Shown: positions 19,226-28,850 of the stretch, one piece after another
Numbering within the stretch: position 1 is the first letter of the stretch
Layout: every line of letters starts with the position of its first letter
Notes under the pieces: generated by a model
Told to the model about the DNA's origin: nothing
What the model saw: the letters and a program-made list of their open reading frames with translations, nothing else
Database searches by the model: none
From: an uncultured Gammaproteobacteria bacterium
GTDB taxonomy: Bacteria > Patescibacteriota > Patescibacteriia > Patescibacteriales > UBA12465
NCBI GenBank assembly: GCA_964588435.1
Contig: CAZPPI010000004.1
Coordinates: forward strand, 12 to 64,011
Direction of reading: 5' to 3'
Length of the DNA stretch: 64,000 nucleotides
Position numbers and translations under genes: made by a program

Positions 19226-19315
19226 ATTTTTTTATAATTAATAATTAAGTTTTCTGATTATAGCAAGAATTTTTAGCTATGTCTATAGAGCGCCTTTAAA
19301 ATCTCGACCAAACAC

Positions 19316-20011
19316 CTATTTCCTTAAAATCAACCAAATATTTTTTCCGCTTTTATAAAACTCTTCTATCTCTAAGCCAGCGGCTTTCGCTAAATTTTTT
19401 AATTCCTTATCTTTAAAAGCGTGATAATAACGATTACTTTTTGACCTACCGTCACCACTAGTCCATAAAAACAATAAATCTCCACGTTCTCTGCCATCAA
19501 AAGAAAAAATTCTTTTAGTTTCTGATTTCCTAACAAGCTCATCAAATCTTTTTTGGCCATAGAAATCCCAAACACTTAAAATTATCCGACCACCAACTTC
19601 TAGTCTTGCCGCTAAATTTCTTAAAACCTCGACGCGCAAATTACGATCGGGAATATGTAAAATTACTGCAATTAAAAAAATAAAATCATATTTTTTATTT
19701 GGCAATCTTTCAAGTTTTAATAAATCATCAACAAAAAACTCCTGCTCCTTATAGTTTTCTCTAGCAAGGGTAATTAACTCTGGGCTTAAATCAAAACCGC
19801 TATAATCTACTTTTTTTCCGTTAAAAGCCTCTAATAATCTCCCATTACCACAGCCAGCGTCTAATATTTTTGCCCCCTCAAAAACAAGTTCAGAAAACTT
19901 TTCCATTTCTGGCCATAAATATTTTTTTCGACTAATATCAAAATCTGTCGCAATTTCTGAATAATTTTGCTTAACAATATTTAATAATTTTTCTCTGGTT
20001 TTTTTTCTCAT
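19316..20011 (-). CDS. class I SAM-dependent methyltransferase, Trm9-like (tRNA mcm5U34 methyltransferase family)
   Basis: SAM motif ILDAGCGNGRLL. Three blocks parallel yeast Trm9 as I recall it: YSEIATDFDISRKKYLWPEMEKF, YDFIFLIAVILHIPDRNLRVEVLRNLAARLEVGGRIILSVW, and NRYYHAFKDKELKNLAKAAG. Confidence 0.6.
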   Translation of the reverse strand: MRKKTREKLLNIVKQNYSEIATDFDISRKKYLWPEMEKFSELVFEGAKILDAGCGNGRLLEAFNGKKVDYSGFDLSPELITLARENYKEQEFFVDDLLKLERLPNKKYDFIFLIAVILHIPDRNLRVEVLRNLAARLEVGGRIILSVWDFYGQKRFDELVRKSETKRIFSFDGRERGDLLFLWTSGDGRSKSNRYYHAFKDKELKNLAKAAGLEIEEFYKSGKNIWLILRK

Positions 20012-20022
20012 GATTTTTGGGG

Positions 20023-21801
20023 CTAATCTAAATACTCTTTATAACGATAGTCTTCACCGTTTTTCTTTTTTTGGCGAGCAAGTTTTAAACAGGAATCACA
20101 TTTTCCACAATCAGGACTATGATGATCACCAAAATATTTTAAAATATAATTCTGACGACAATCAAGAGTATAGGCATAACCCTCCATCTCATCTAATTTC
20201 TCATAAGATCTGGAAGCCTTCTCTTTTAAAGCTTTGAAATCAATTTCCAAATCTTCCGGCTGCAAAATTTTTAATAATTTAATTTCCGTGCCCCTGAAAG
20301 GCGGTTGGTACTCAACCAAATCGCTTTCGGCCAATTTTTTAATTGTCCTTAAAATAGAATCTTTTTTTAAACCCAAAACAACCGCAACTTCTTCGGGATT
20401 AAACTCCCAGCCCTCGGTTAATTTATTAAAATATTTTTCTTCTAAACCTAAAACAACCTCTAGTTGTGTTTTTGCTCTTTTAGAAACTGATTCAATTACC
20501 TCGCTCCAAGGTTTTTTTGTTTTTAAAAATGAATTTGAAGTTTTTTCATTCGGCCGACTAATATAACCGCTTCGTTCTAAAATTTTAAGAGCGGTTCCAA
20601 TTGCCATCTCTGGAGTTTGCTCACTTAAATTTTGTCCAATTTCAGCATAAGTTATTAGAATTGAATCCTTCGGATTTACAAGACTATCGGCGCGACCAAG
20701 CAAAAATTCATAAACTTCTAAAATTATTTTTGGATCAGGATTATCACCTTTAATAAAAAATTCTCTTAAATATCTATCCTGTTGATTATAAAATAATAAA
20801 CAAAAACTAGGTTTTCCATCTCGTCCGGCTCGTCCCGCTTCCTGATAATAAGCCTCAATGGTTCCCGGTAAATCGTGATGAATAACAAAGCGAATATCCT
20901 TTTTATTTATTCCCATCCCAAAAGCATTAGTGGCAACAACAACTCGCGCCTCGTCTTTTAAAAACTGGTCTTGAACCCAGCTTCGACTACTAGCATCCAT
21001 TCCGGCGTGATAGGAAACCGCTTTAATATCATTTTCAACTAGGCGTTCTAAAATTTCATCCGCTTTATTTCTCGTCCCAACATAAATAACGCCAGAACCT
21101 AAATCAGGATTAGTAACTAAAAAATTAACAATGCTTTCTATCTTTTGATTATTGGGAGTTGGGATAACTGCAAATTGTAAATTAGGCCGAGAAAACCCAG
21201 TAACAATTGTTTCATGATCTTTAAATTGAAGTTGGCGAGCGATATCATCACGGACTTCCGGGGTAGCTGTTGCCGTTAAAGCAACAACCGGAGGTGAGCC
21301 CACAATTTTTATGGCTTCTTTAAGACGTAAAAAACTTGGCCTAAAATCATGTCCCCACTGACTAATACAATGAGCCTCATCAATTGCAAATAAAGAAACT
21401 TTAATTTTTTTAAGTTCTCCTAAAAACTGAATATTATAAAATCGTTCTGGGGCAATATAAATTAATTTAAATTCTCCCCGACTAACTTTTGCCATTCGGA
21501 TTGAGGCTTCTTCTGATGAAATTGAAGAATTAATAAAAGTCGCTGGGATTCCAACTCGTTCCAAAGAATCAACCTGATCTTTCATTAAAGCAATAAGAGG
21601 AGAAATAACAATCGTCGCTCCTTCAAGAATTAGGGCGGGTAGTTGATAAATCATTGATTTGCCACCACCAGTCGGTAAAACAACAACTGTATTTCGTCCC
21701 GCTAAAATATTATCAATCGCTAGCTCCTGACCAGGCAAAAAAGACCCATAACCGAAATGGATCTTTAGAAGTTCTAAAAGTTGTTGTTTTTTTTTAAACA
21801 T
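20023..21801 (-). CDS. recQ: RecQ-family ATP-dependent DNA helicase
   Basis: Motifs TGGGKS, DEAHCISQWGHDFRP and QEAGRAGRDG. A Zn-binding CR...YFG...CGKCDSC block sits at the extreme C-terminus. Confidence 0.9.
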   Translation of the reverse strand: MFKKKQQLLELLKIHFGYGSFLPGQELAIDNILAGRNTVVVLPTGGGKSMIYQLPALILEGATIVISPLIALMKDQVDSLERVGIPATFINSSISSEEASIRMAKVSRGEFKLIYIAPERFYNIQFLGELKKIKVSLFAIDEAHCISQWGHDFRPSFLRLKEAIKIVGSPPVVALTATATPEVRDDIARQLQFKDHETIVTGFSRPNLQFAVIPTPNNQKIESIVNFLVTNPDLGSGVIYVGTRNKADEILERLVENDIKAVSYHAGMDASSRSWVQDQFLKDEARVVVATNAFGMGINKKDIRFVIHHDLPGTIEAYYQEAGRAGRDGKPSFCLLFYNQQDRYLREFFIKGDNPDPKIILEVYEFLLGRADSLVNPKDSILITYAEIGQNLSEQTPEMAIGTALKILERSGYISRPNEKTSNSFLKTKKPWSEVIESVSKRAKTQLEVVLGLEEKYFNKLTEGWEFNPEEVAVVLGLKKDSILRTIKKLAESDLVEYQPPFRGTEIKLLKILQPEDLEIDFKALKEKASRSYEKLDEMEGYAYTLDCRQNYILKYFGDHHSPDCGKCDSCLKLARQKKKNGEDYRYKEYLD

Positions 21802-22778
21802 TATTTTAAATCAGCCATTATTTTCTTTGCTAAATGATGAGCGAAGTTTACGGCAACTGCATTTCCAATCATTTTATATCCATCTGCTATATCACGATAT
21901 TTAAAAATAAAGTCGTCTGGAAAGGTTTGAATTCTTGCACATTCACGAACAGATAAACGGCGATATAAATGCTCTTTTCCTGGAACAAAAATTCTTTTAT
22001 TTTGTTCAATGAATTTCATTTTTGGAGCTTGTGGATGAAGTGGCGCATGACGCCCCCCGGCCTGAATTGTAAAACTTGGTTCATCCCAACTTCTTACACG
22101 ATTACGTGACATGTAAATTGAGGAAAAACCTCCATTCATATACTCATGATTTGGTATTTTCAAAACATTACCGTTTGTTTTATTTTTATCTAGCGCTGGT
22201 TTTGCTAAACGTAAATCATAAATAGCATCTTTTAATACAGGTTTATATTCTTGTGGTTCTGGAAATTCAAATTTCTTTTTTAATCTTTTATGATAACCAA
22301 CAATAATAACACGAAATCTATCCTCTGGAACATCATAATCATTTGCATTTAATAATTTACAGGAAATTTTATATCCAGCATTTTCAAACTCCTTTATTAT
22401 ATTTGAAAAAGCCTCTTTATGTTTAGGATGAAGAATGCCTGAAACATTTTCTGCAAGAAAAAATTTTGGCTGTTTTTCTTTTAATAAACGTATATAGTCA
22501 TAAAATAATTTTCCTCGTTTATCATCTATCCCCCGTCCCGCCCCAGCCTCGCTCCAACTTTGACAAGGTGGACCACCAATTATTCCGTCAACATCAGGAA
22601 TTTCAGAGGCAGGGACATTCACAATACTTCTTTTATCAAGCTTTGTTTTCGGAAAATTATGCTCAAAAGTTTCCCAAATTGTAGAATCATATTCATTTGC
22701 CCAAACAACATGAAAACCAGCTTTTTCAAAGCCCAAATCAAGTCCTCCTGCTCCTGTAAATAATGAAGCTATTTTCAT
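21801..22778 (-). CDS. DNA (cytosine-5)-methyltransferase, M.HaeIII-like (predicted GGCC)
   Basis: C5-MTase motifs [23 protein letters not shown] and QTFPDDF...GNAV. The variable/TRD region ([10 protein letters not shown]...PNHEY...FMSRNRVR.W.EP.FT.QA.GR...LHPQAP) closely parallels M.HaeIII as I recall it. Confidence 0.88.
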   Translation of the reverse strand: MKIASLFTGAGGLDLGFEKAGFHVVWANEYDSTIWETFEHNFPKTKLDKRSIVNVPASEIPDVDGIIGGPPCQSWSEAGAGRGIDDKRGKLFYDYIRLLKEKQPKFFLAENVSGILHPKHKEAFSNIIKEFENAGYKISCKLLNANDYDVPEDRFRVIIVGYHKRLKKKFEFPEPQEYKPVLKDAIYDLRLAKPALDKNKTNGNVLKIPNHEYMNGGFSSIYMSRNRVRSWDEPSFTIQAGGRHAPLHPQAPKMKFIEQNKRIFVPGKEHLYRRLSVRECARIQTFPDDFIFKYRDIADGYKMIGNAVAVNFAHHLAKKIMADLK

Positions 22779-22780
22779 AA

Positions 22781-23761
22781 TTATTCGTGACTAATATTTA
22801 GTGTATTTTTAAATAATTTTTTTGGTGATTTCAAAAGATTTATATCAAATTTCAAAGACGATTCAACTCTAGAGCTGGCGTTGTGAATACGAAACGAAAG
22901 TGTCCAACCATTATTCATAGTTACTATTGCTGTCGTTTGACTATCTGTCTTGAAGCAAATATCAACAATTTCTGTAGGCAATGGGACTCTTGGTGTTTTG
23001 TATTTTGGAGAGATATCATTGAAGGGTAAATTTAATGTTCCATTTAAATTATAGGCTTGTATTTCTACACTATTTTTTCCTTTAATCACCTTATAAAAAT
23101 CTTTATTACCAACGAGATACGCGACTAGATTGTTTGCCACCTTCACAGAATCTTTTTTGTAGAGTTGTTTTAATTCTTTAATAAATGCCTCTAAAATTGG
23201 TATATAAATTGACGAATGATAATCACCAAGTTCACTCCATTTTTTCCTTGCATTACTATCTCTCCTAATACTTTCTAAACTATTAAAAATAGGTGTTACT
23301 GTATTAAAGTATTCTTTTGAAGTTTTTATTCCAAGCCATTTTTCACCAAAATCAATGTTTGAAGATAATCTAGAATGTTTTACTGCATGATGATTATTTT
23401 TAGCGGATACCCCAATTTCCCATTTTTGCAATAAACGAATTGCTAAAACATCTCTCACATCACCAGATTTTCCGTGTTGATCGGATAAAATTTCAAGTTG
23501 TAAAATATCATTTTTACCAATATCATTTATCAGTCTTGGCTCTATATCCATTAAAAAATTAACTGTAAAACTAGCGGTGAGCAAATAATCACTCTTTTTT
23601 GTTTCGCTCACATTTTCAAAACAACCTTTTGCAATGTCAAAAGAAGAATTTTTAATAACCTCAAGCTTTGTTTTATTTTTTAATTTTTCTTCAAATTGAA
23701 TAAGTAAAGCATACTCAAAAGCCTTTCCTGTTGTCATTTGTTTTGATGCAGTAGTAATCAT
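22781..23761 (-). CDS. putative type II restriction endonuclease (HaeIII-like partner of the adjacent methyltransferase)
   Basis: 326 aa ORF ending 2 nt before the MTase start. The size fits R.HaeIII-family enzymes. Assigned mainly from context. Confidence 0.55.
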   Translation of the reverse strand: MITTASKQMTTGKAFEYALLIQFEEKLKNKTKLEVIKNSSFDIAKGCFENVSETKKSDYLLTASFTVNFLMDIEPRLINDIGKNDILQLEILSDQHGKSGDVRDVLAIRLLQKWEIGVSAKNNHHAVKHSRLSSNIDFGEKWLGIKTSKEYFNTVTPIFNSLESIRRDSNARKKWSELGDYHSSIYIPILEAFIKELKQLYKKDSVKVANNLVAYLVGNKDFYKVIKGKNSVEIQAYNLNGTLNLPFNDISPKYKTPRVPLPTEIVDICFKTDSQTTAIVTMNNGWTLSFRIHNASSRVESSLKFDINLLKSPKKLFKNTLNISHE

Positions 23762-23862
23762 ATTTTTATTATTACATTTTTCTCCTTATAAATAAACCAT
23801 TTTCAGAGCGGAGAAAACACCTTATTACCTATCTTAAATAAAAAAATTTAAAATTTTTATTT

Positions 23863-24666
23863 CTACTCTCCAGAGTTCTTCCTCTTAAAAATTTCTAAAA
23901 CATTTTTTAATAAAAAAGCAATAGTCATCGGACCAATTCCTCCGGGAACTGGGGTAATAAAACTAGCTTTATTTTTAAGACTCTCAAAGTCAGCGTCGCC
24001 CTTAACTTTTCCCTCAACTTTAACCGTACTAATATCGATAATAACCGCCCCCTTTTTAATATTTTCCGCTTTAATTGTTTCCGGTTTTCCTAAGGCGCTA
24101 ACAATAACATCAGCTTCATTCATTTCGTCACGACTCAAAAAGCTACTTATACCTAGTTTTTCTAAAGTTTCTTTTAAACCATTACCAAAGACATCAGCAT
24201 TATATAACAAACAAGCTGAACTTTCCTTAAAATTAATCTTAGTATTTTCTAAAGAAGCTTTAACCGCCGCTAAAACAGGGGAAAGAATATAGTCGGGATG
24301 ATCGGGATGAAAACCATCAACATCTTTTTCTGGATCAAGGGTTTTAATTATTTTATTAGTGTTTAAATTCTTTGGTAACGGTAATTGAATTAAAATTCCG
24401 TCAACTAAAGGATCATGATTTAAAAATTCTACAACTTCAAGTAAATCTTCCTCGGAAACAGTTTCCACTAAACGATAAATATGAGTATCAATTCCAACCT
24501 TAACACTTTCCCTTTCCTTTAAAGAAACATAAAGTTTAGAATCTTCTCTCTCGCCAACCAAAATAATCGCTAAGTTTGGTCTATCATTTTTAAATTCAAA
24601 AACTTCTTTAGCAATTTTATCTTTTATTTTTTCGGCAATCTTTTTTCCGTCAATTAGTTTAACCAT
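23863..24666 (-). CDS. folD: bifunctional methylenetetrahydrofolate dehydrogenase/cyclohydrolase FolD
   Basis: MVKLIDGKKIA start, ILVGE...S..Y and PVPGGIGPMTIA motifs. 267 aa. Confidence 0.92.
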   Translation of the reverse strand: MVKLIDGKKIAEKIKDKIAKEVFEFKNDRPNLAIILVGEREDSKLYVSLKERESVKVGIDTHIYRLVETVSEEDLLEVVEFLNHDPLVDGILIQLPLPKNLNTNKIIKTLDPEKDVDGFHPDHPDYILSPVLAAVKASLENTKINFKESSACLLYNADVFGNGLKETLEKLGISSFLSRDEMNEADVIVSALGKPETIKAENIKKGAVIIDISTVKVEGKVKGDADFESLKNKASFITPVPGGIGPMTIAFLLKNVLEIFKRKNSGE

Positions 24667-24701
24667 AAAAATTTAAACAAGAACTTAATTTCAACCTCCT
24701 T

Positions 24702-25943
24702 CTAGCTAGGAATTTTAAATCTTGAACAAAGCTCTTTAATTTTTCTCTTTAATTCTTCCAATTTAATTTCATCATCTTTATTTAAAAAAGCTTCATCCAT
24801 ATAAGAAACAACTAATTTAGCCTCCAGTTCTTTCATCCCTCTAGTTGTCATTGCTGGTGTTCCAACTCTAATTCCTGAAGGATTCATCGGCGGGTTAGGA
24901 TCGTTTGGAATAGTTGAACGGGAAACAGAAATGCCAATTTTCTCTAAAACTTTTTCCGCTTCTTTGCCAACCATAGCTTTTGGGCTCAAATCTAAAACAA
25001 AAAGATGGTTATCGGTCCCGCCAGAAACAACTTTATAACCGCGGCTTAAAAATTCTTCAACCATCGCCCTGGCATTTAAGATTGTCTGCTTAGAATATTC
25101 TTCGAATTCCGGTTTTAAAGCCTCACCAAAAGCAACCGCTTTTGCTGCTGTCATGCTGTTATGTGGTCCACCTTGCATGCCAGGAAAAACGGCACTATTT
25201 ATTTGTTTAGCAAATTTTTCCTTACACATTATTATCGCTCCTCTTGGTCCTCTTAAGGTTTTGTGAGTTGTGGTTGAGACAACATCAAAAATTGGCACTG
25301 GGTTTTTTAATTGTTTTCCAGCAATTAAGCCGGCGATATGAGCAATATCAGCAAAAGTATAGGCGCCGATTTCATCAGCAATATCTTTAAAGGCTTGCCA
25401 ATCAATTTCTCGCGAATAAGCGCTAAAACCAGCAACAATCATTTTTGGTTTTTCAGCCAAGGCAACTCTTCTTACTTCCTCCATATCAATTAAGCCAGTT
25501 TTCTCATCAACCCCGTATTGAACAAAGTCATAAAGACGACCAGAAAAATTTACGCTATGACCATGGGAAAGGTGCCCGCCGTGATCAAGTTTTAAACCTA
25601 AAACCTTATCGCCCGGATTTAAAAAAGCCATATAAACCGCAGCGTTAGCTGGTGAGCCGGAAAGGGGTTGAACATTAACATGTTCGGCTTCAAAAAGTTT
25701 TTTCGCTCTTTCTATCGCTAAAGTCTCAACCTCATCAATGATATAATTACCGCCATAATATCTTTTACCAGGATAACCTTCGCTATATTTATTTGCCAAA
25801 ACAGTCGCCATCGCTTCCATAACCGCTGGCGAGGCATAGTTCTCCGAAGCAATTAATTCGAGTTCATTTTCTTGACGCTTTTCTTCTTTCAAAATTGAGG
25901 CAAAAAGCTCAGAATCTTGTTTTTCCAAGTGATTATAAAGCAT
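24702..25943 (-). CDS. glyA: serine hydroxymethyltransferase
   Basis: ELIASENY, TTTHKTLRGPRG (PLP lysine) and GGTDNHL motifs. 413 aa. Confidence 0.96.
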   Translation of the reverse strand: MLYNHLEKQDSELFASILKEEKRQENELELIASENYASPAVMEAMATVLANKYSEGYPGKRYYGGNYIIDEVETLAIERAKKLFEAEHVNVQPLSGSPANAAVYMAFLNPGDKVLGLKLDHGGHLSHGHSVNFSGRLYDFVQYGVDEKTGLIDMEEVRRVALAEKPKMIVAGFSAYSREIDWQAFKDIADEIGAYTFADIAHIAGLIAGKQLKNPVPIFDVVSTTTHKTLRGPRGAIIMCKEKFAKQINSAVFPGMQGGPHNSMTAAKAVAFGEALKPEFEEYSKQTILNARAMVEEFLSRGYKVVSGGTDNHLFVLDLSPKAMVGKEAEKVLEKIGISVSRSTIPNDPNPPMNPSGIRVGTPAMTTRGMKELEAKLVVSYMDEAFLNKDDEIKLEELKRKIKELCSRFKIPS

Positions 25944-25987
25944 GTTTTTATAAATTAGCGGGCTCTCAAAATAATAATTACCTAATA

Positions 25988-26016
25988 ATCTTAGTCCTTA
26001 AAACGTCTTTTGTCAA
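25988..26016 (-). promoter_or_regulatory. putative glyA-folD promoter
   Basis: Minus strand TTGACA (26016..26011), N17, TAAGAT (25993..25988). Confidence 0.5.
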
Positions 26017-26024
26017 AATGAGGC

Positions 26025-27674
26025 TTATTTAATTTTCTTAAATAAATAGCTATCTTTTAACCTATAACCAAGCTTCCGATAATAACCCCTAACCCCAACT
26101 CCGGAAATCACAGCAATTTCTTTTGCCTTATTTTCACGAGCAAGCTCTTCCGCTTTTTTCATTAACTCTTTTCCTAAGCCAAGATGCTGAACTTTTTTTG
26201 TTACCAAGTCTCCTGCCGGAACTAATTCGCCATAAACATGGAGTTCGCGAATAATGGCTTCGGCAACTGGACTGTTTTTATCTATTCTTAAACGACAAAA
26301 ACCATATAATATTTTTCCATCTAAACTATCAATGGAAATAAAATATTCTTGACCAGCTGAGGCGGGATAAGTTTCTATATTTATTTGATGCTTTAAAATT
26401 TTTCCATCTTTTACTTCTCGACAACGAATACAATTACATTTCACCCCCCTATCTTTCATTACCTGTCTTAAATTGGTGATTTTATTGCCGGCCATAATTG
26501 ACTCCCCGGGAATATCGCGGATTAAACGAATTATGCGCACATATTTTGGTACTAATTCTTTGCATTTAACGATTAGTTCCTGTAAAACTTTATCGCTATA
26601 AGGCTTATATTTACCCGTTAAGAACCATTTATACAATAAGCTTCCTTTAGTAACCACGGTTGGATAAAATTTAATTTGATCAGGCTGAAATCTTTCGTCT
26701 GTAAAAAGTTTTTTAAATATTTCTAAGTCTTTTTTTGGAGTAGCGCCAGGAAGAGCGGGCATTAAGTGATAAGTTATTTTAAACCCATACTCTTTTAAGC
26801 TCTTTGTCGCCTCAACAATTTCTTTAACTCCGTGACCTCTCTTATTAAGTTTTAAAATTTCATCATCAGCCGCTTGCACACCAATTTCAACTCTAGTACA
26901 ACCTAAAATTCTCATCTCTTCTAATTCTTTTTGGTTGATATAATCTGGCCTTGTTTCTAAAGTTAGACCAATAATCTTATATTCCGCTTTTTCATTTTTA
27001 TTTTGTTCAAAAATTAATTTTTTCTTTAAACTATCTAGACTTAAGCTTTCCTTATAAACCGCTTTTAATTCGTTTTTGAAAAGATGCACTTCTTTTTCAA
27101 GGCCTTCGCTATAATTTGTTTTAATTTTTTTTCGTACCACGGCAAAATCGTTAGCGGCTTTAAAGCAGTTTAAAATATACCAATACTTATATTTCTCCGG
27201 TAAATAACTCCAAGTTCCGCCAATAACGATGATTTCGATTTTTTTCGGACTATGACCATTAGTTTCTAAAGCTTTGAGTCTCAAAGCGACTTGAACATAA
27301 GGATCGTAAGCACAGCGAATTGCCCGCATAACCGCTGGCTCATTAGATAAATAACTAACTGGAACATCCTCACTTTCGCGCGGACAATAAGCACAAGTCC
27401 CGGGACAAGGATAAGGTTTAGTTAAAACCGCAACCGGAGCAATACCCGACATAGTTCTAATTGAACGCTTTTTTAAAATTTGTTCTAAGACTGGATTGGC
27501 TTTTATCAAGTCTTTTTCTAATAAGTCTTGATAGGCTCGCCAAATATCAGAGTTTAAAATAGAGTTAATTTTATATTTTTTGCAAAATAAACGCTTAACC
27601 GCGTCTAAATCGCCGCGACTTTTAATTTTTTTTCCGTAATCTTTAACTAATTCCTTGTTTGCTTCCTCTATCAT
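26025..27674 (-). CDS. elp3: Elp3-family radical SAM / GNAT acetyltransferase (tRNA U34 cm5 modification enzyme homologue)
   Basis: 549 aa. Radical-SAM cluster motif CPGTCAYC (CX3CX2C) and a TIM-barrel region, followed by a C-terminal GNAT with the acetyl-CoA loop QHLGLGKELM. The domain order matches Elp3. Confidence 0.85.
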   Translation of the reverse strand: MIEEANKELVKDYGKKIKSRGDLDAVKRLFCKKYKINSILNSDIWRAYQDLLEKDLIKANPVLEQILKKRSIRTMSGIAPVAVLTKPYPCPGTCAYCPRESEDVPVSYLSNEPAVMRAIRCAYDPYVQVALRLKALETNGHSPKKIEIIVIGGTWSYLPEKYKYWYILNCFKAANDFAVVRKKIKTNYSEGLEKEVHLFKNELKAVYKESLSLDSLKKKLIFEQNKNEKAEYKIIGLTLETRPDYINQKELEEMRILGCTRVEIGVQAADDEILKLNKRGHGVKEIVEATKSLKEYGFKITYHLMPALPGATPKKDLEIFKKLFTDERFQPDQIKFYPTVVTKGSLLYKWFLTGKYKPYSDKVLQELIVKCKELVPKYVRIIRLIRDIPGESIMAGNKITNLRQVMKDRGVKCNCIRCREVKDGKILKHQINIETYPASAGQEYFISIDSLDGKILYGFCRLRIDKNSPVAEAIIRELHVYGELVPAGDLVTKKVQHLGLGKELMKKAEELARENKAKEIAVISGVGVRGYYRKLGYRLKDSYLFKKIK

Positions 27675-27719
27675 TTTGTTTTATAATAAATATAGGTTAA
27701 TTTATTTTATCAGTAATTT

Positions 27720-28850
27720 ATGAAAAAAAGAAGTTTATTGGTTTTTGCTCTAATTCTTGGCTTTATCGTTTTTTTAGCGCCAAGTTCAAAAGCGGCGGAA
27801 TTTAAACAGGGCGGCTTAATTCATATCCAAGAAAATGAAATTGTTAGTGGTAATTTCTATGTCGCCGCTTCTGATTTAATTGTTGACGGAAAAATTGCTG
27901 GCGATTTAATTGGCGCTGCTAAAAATATAAAAGTTAACGGCGAAATTGCCGGCGATTTAATTGTGGTCGCTCAAGATATTGAAATTAGCGGAAGAGTGGA
28001 AGGAAATATTCGTGCTGCTAGTTCTCGTTTTACTTTAAATGGTTTTGTTAATAAAAATATTAATGCCTTAGCCGAGAAAATTTATTTAAATCCAGAATCT
28101 TTTATCGGTTGGGATTTTTTGGGAGCGGCTCAAACAATTTTTATAAAAGGAATAATAAACGGCGGACTTAATCTTAGCGGAGAAAATATTATTATTGACG
28201 CTCAAATAAATAAAGAGGCAAATATTAAGCTTGAAGGAAAGCTTCAAAGTCTAACAATTTTACCAGAAACAACTGTTGGCGGAGTTTTTAATTATTCTGG
28301 TCGCCAAGAAACTAATTTCCCTAATCAAGAAAATTTTAAGCAAGGCATAAATTTTAAGAAATATGAAGGACAAAATCCTAACCCCTCAGAAAAGGCGGGA
28401 AACATTTTATTTTCAATTTTAGCCGCAATAGTTGTTGCTTCATTTTTCTTTTACGGCTTAAAAAATATCAGTCGAGAAACAATAAAAACATTATCAGGCT
28501 TTTCGCCTAAAGATTTAATCCCTGTTTTAATATTTCTTATCGCCCTACCAATAATAATTATAATTTTGCTCGTAACAATAATCGGAATTCCTCTAGCCCT
28601 ACTTTTAGCTTCTTTCTTTTTCAGTATAATTTATTTAGCTAAAATCGTTACCATAATTTTTCTCAGTAAGTTCGCTCAAAAAAAATTAGGGAAAGAAAAA
28701 AATACTTTTTTATTCTTAGCACTGGGGGTAATCATCTCCTGGTTAATTTTCGCCCTGCCTTATATTGGGTATATTTTAGCGACAGTCGCTACCTTATTTG
28801 GCTTAAGTGGCTTAATAAAATATGTTAGAAATAAATCCAACAATCTTTAA
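27720..28850 (+). CDS. membrane protein with an extracytoplasmic bactofilin-like (beta-helical) repeat region and a C-terminal multi-TM domain
   Basis: Signal peptide, repeated G(E/K)I.GDLI....I.V.G units, then about 4 TM helices. Confidence 0.5.
   Translation: MKKRSLLVFALILGFIVFLAPSSKAAEFKQGGLIHIQENEIVSGNFYVAASDLIVDGKIAGDLIGAAKNIKVNGEIAGDLIVVAQDIEISGRVEGNIRAASSRFTLNGFVNKNINALAEKIYLNPESFIGWDFLGAAQTIFIKGIINGGLNLSGENIIIDAQINKEANIKLEGKLQSLTILPETTVGGVFNYSGRQETNFPNQENFKQGINFKKYEGQNPNPSEKAGNILFSILAAIVVASFFFYGLKNISRETIKTLSGFSPKDLIPVLIFLIALPIIIIILLVTIIGIPLALLLASFFFSIIYLAKIVTIIFLSKFAQKKLGKEKNTFLFLALGVIISWLIFALPYIGYILATVATLFGLSGLIKYVRNKSNNL

Noticed and set aside
20023-21801. RecQ as a component of a helicase-containing anti-phage defence system
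   Set aside because: Tight linkage to the R-M genes is the only support. The protein has ordinary RecQ motifs and is probably the housekeeping helicase. The linkage is reported, but no defence role is claimed.
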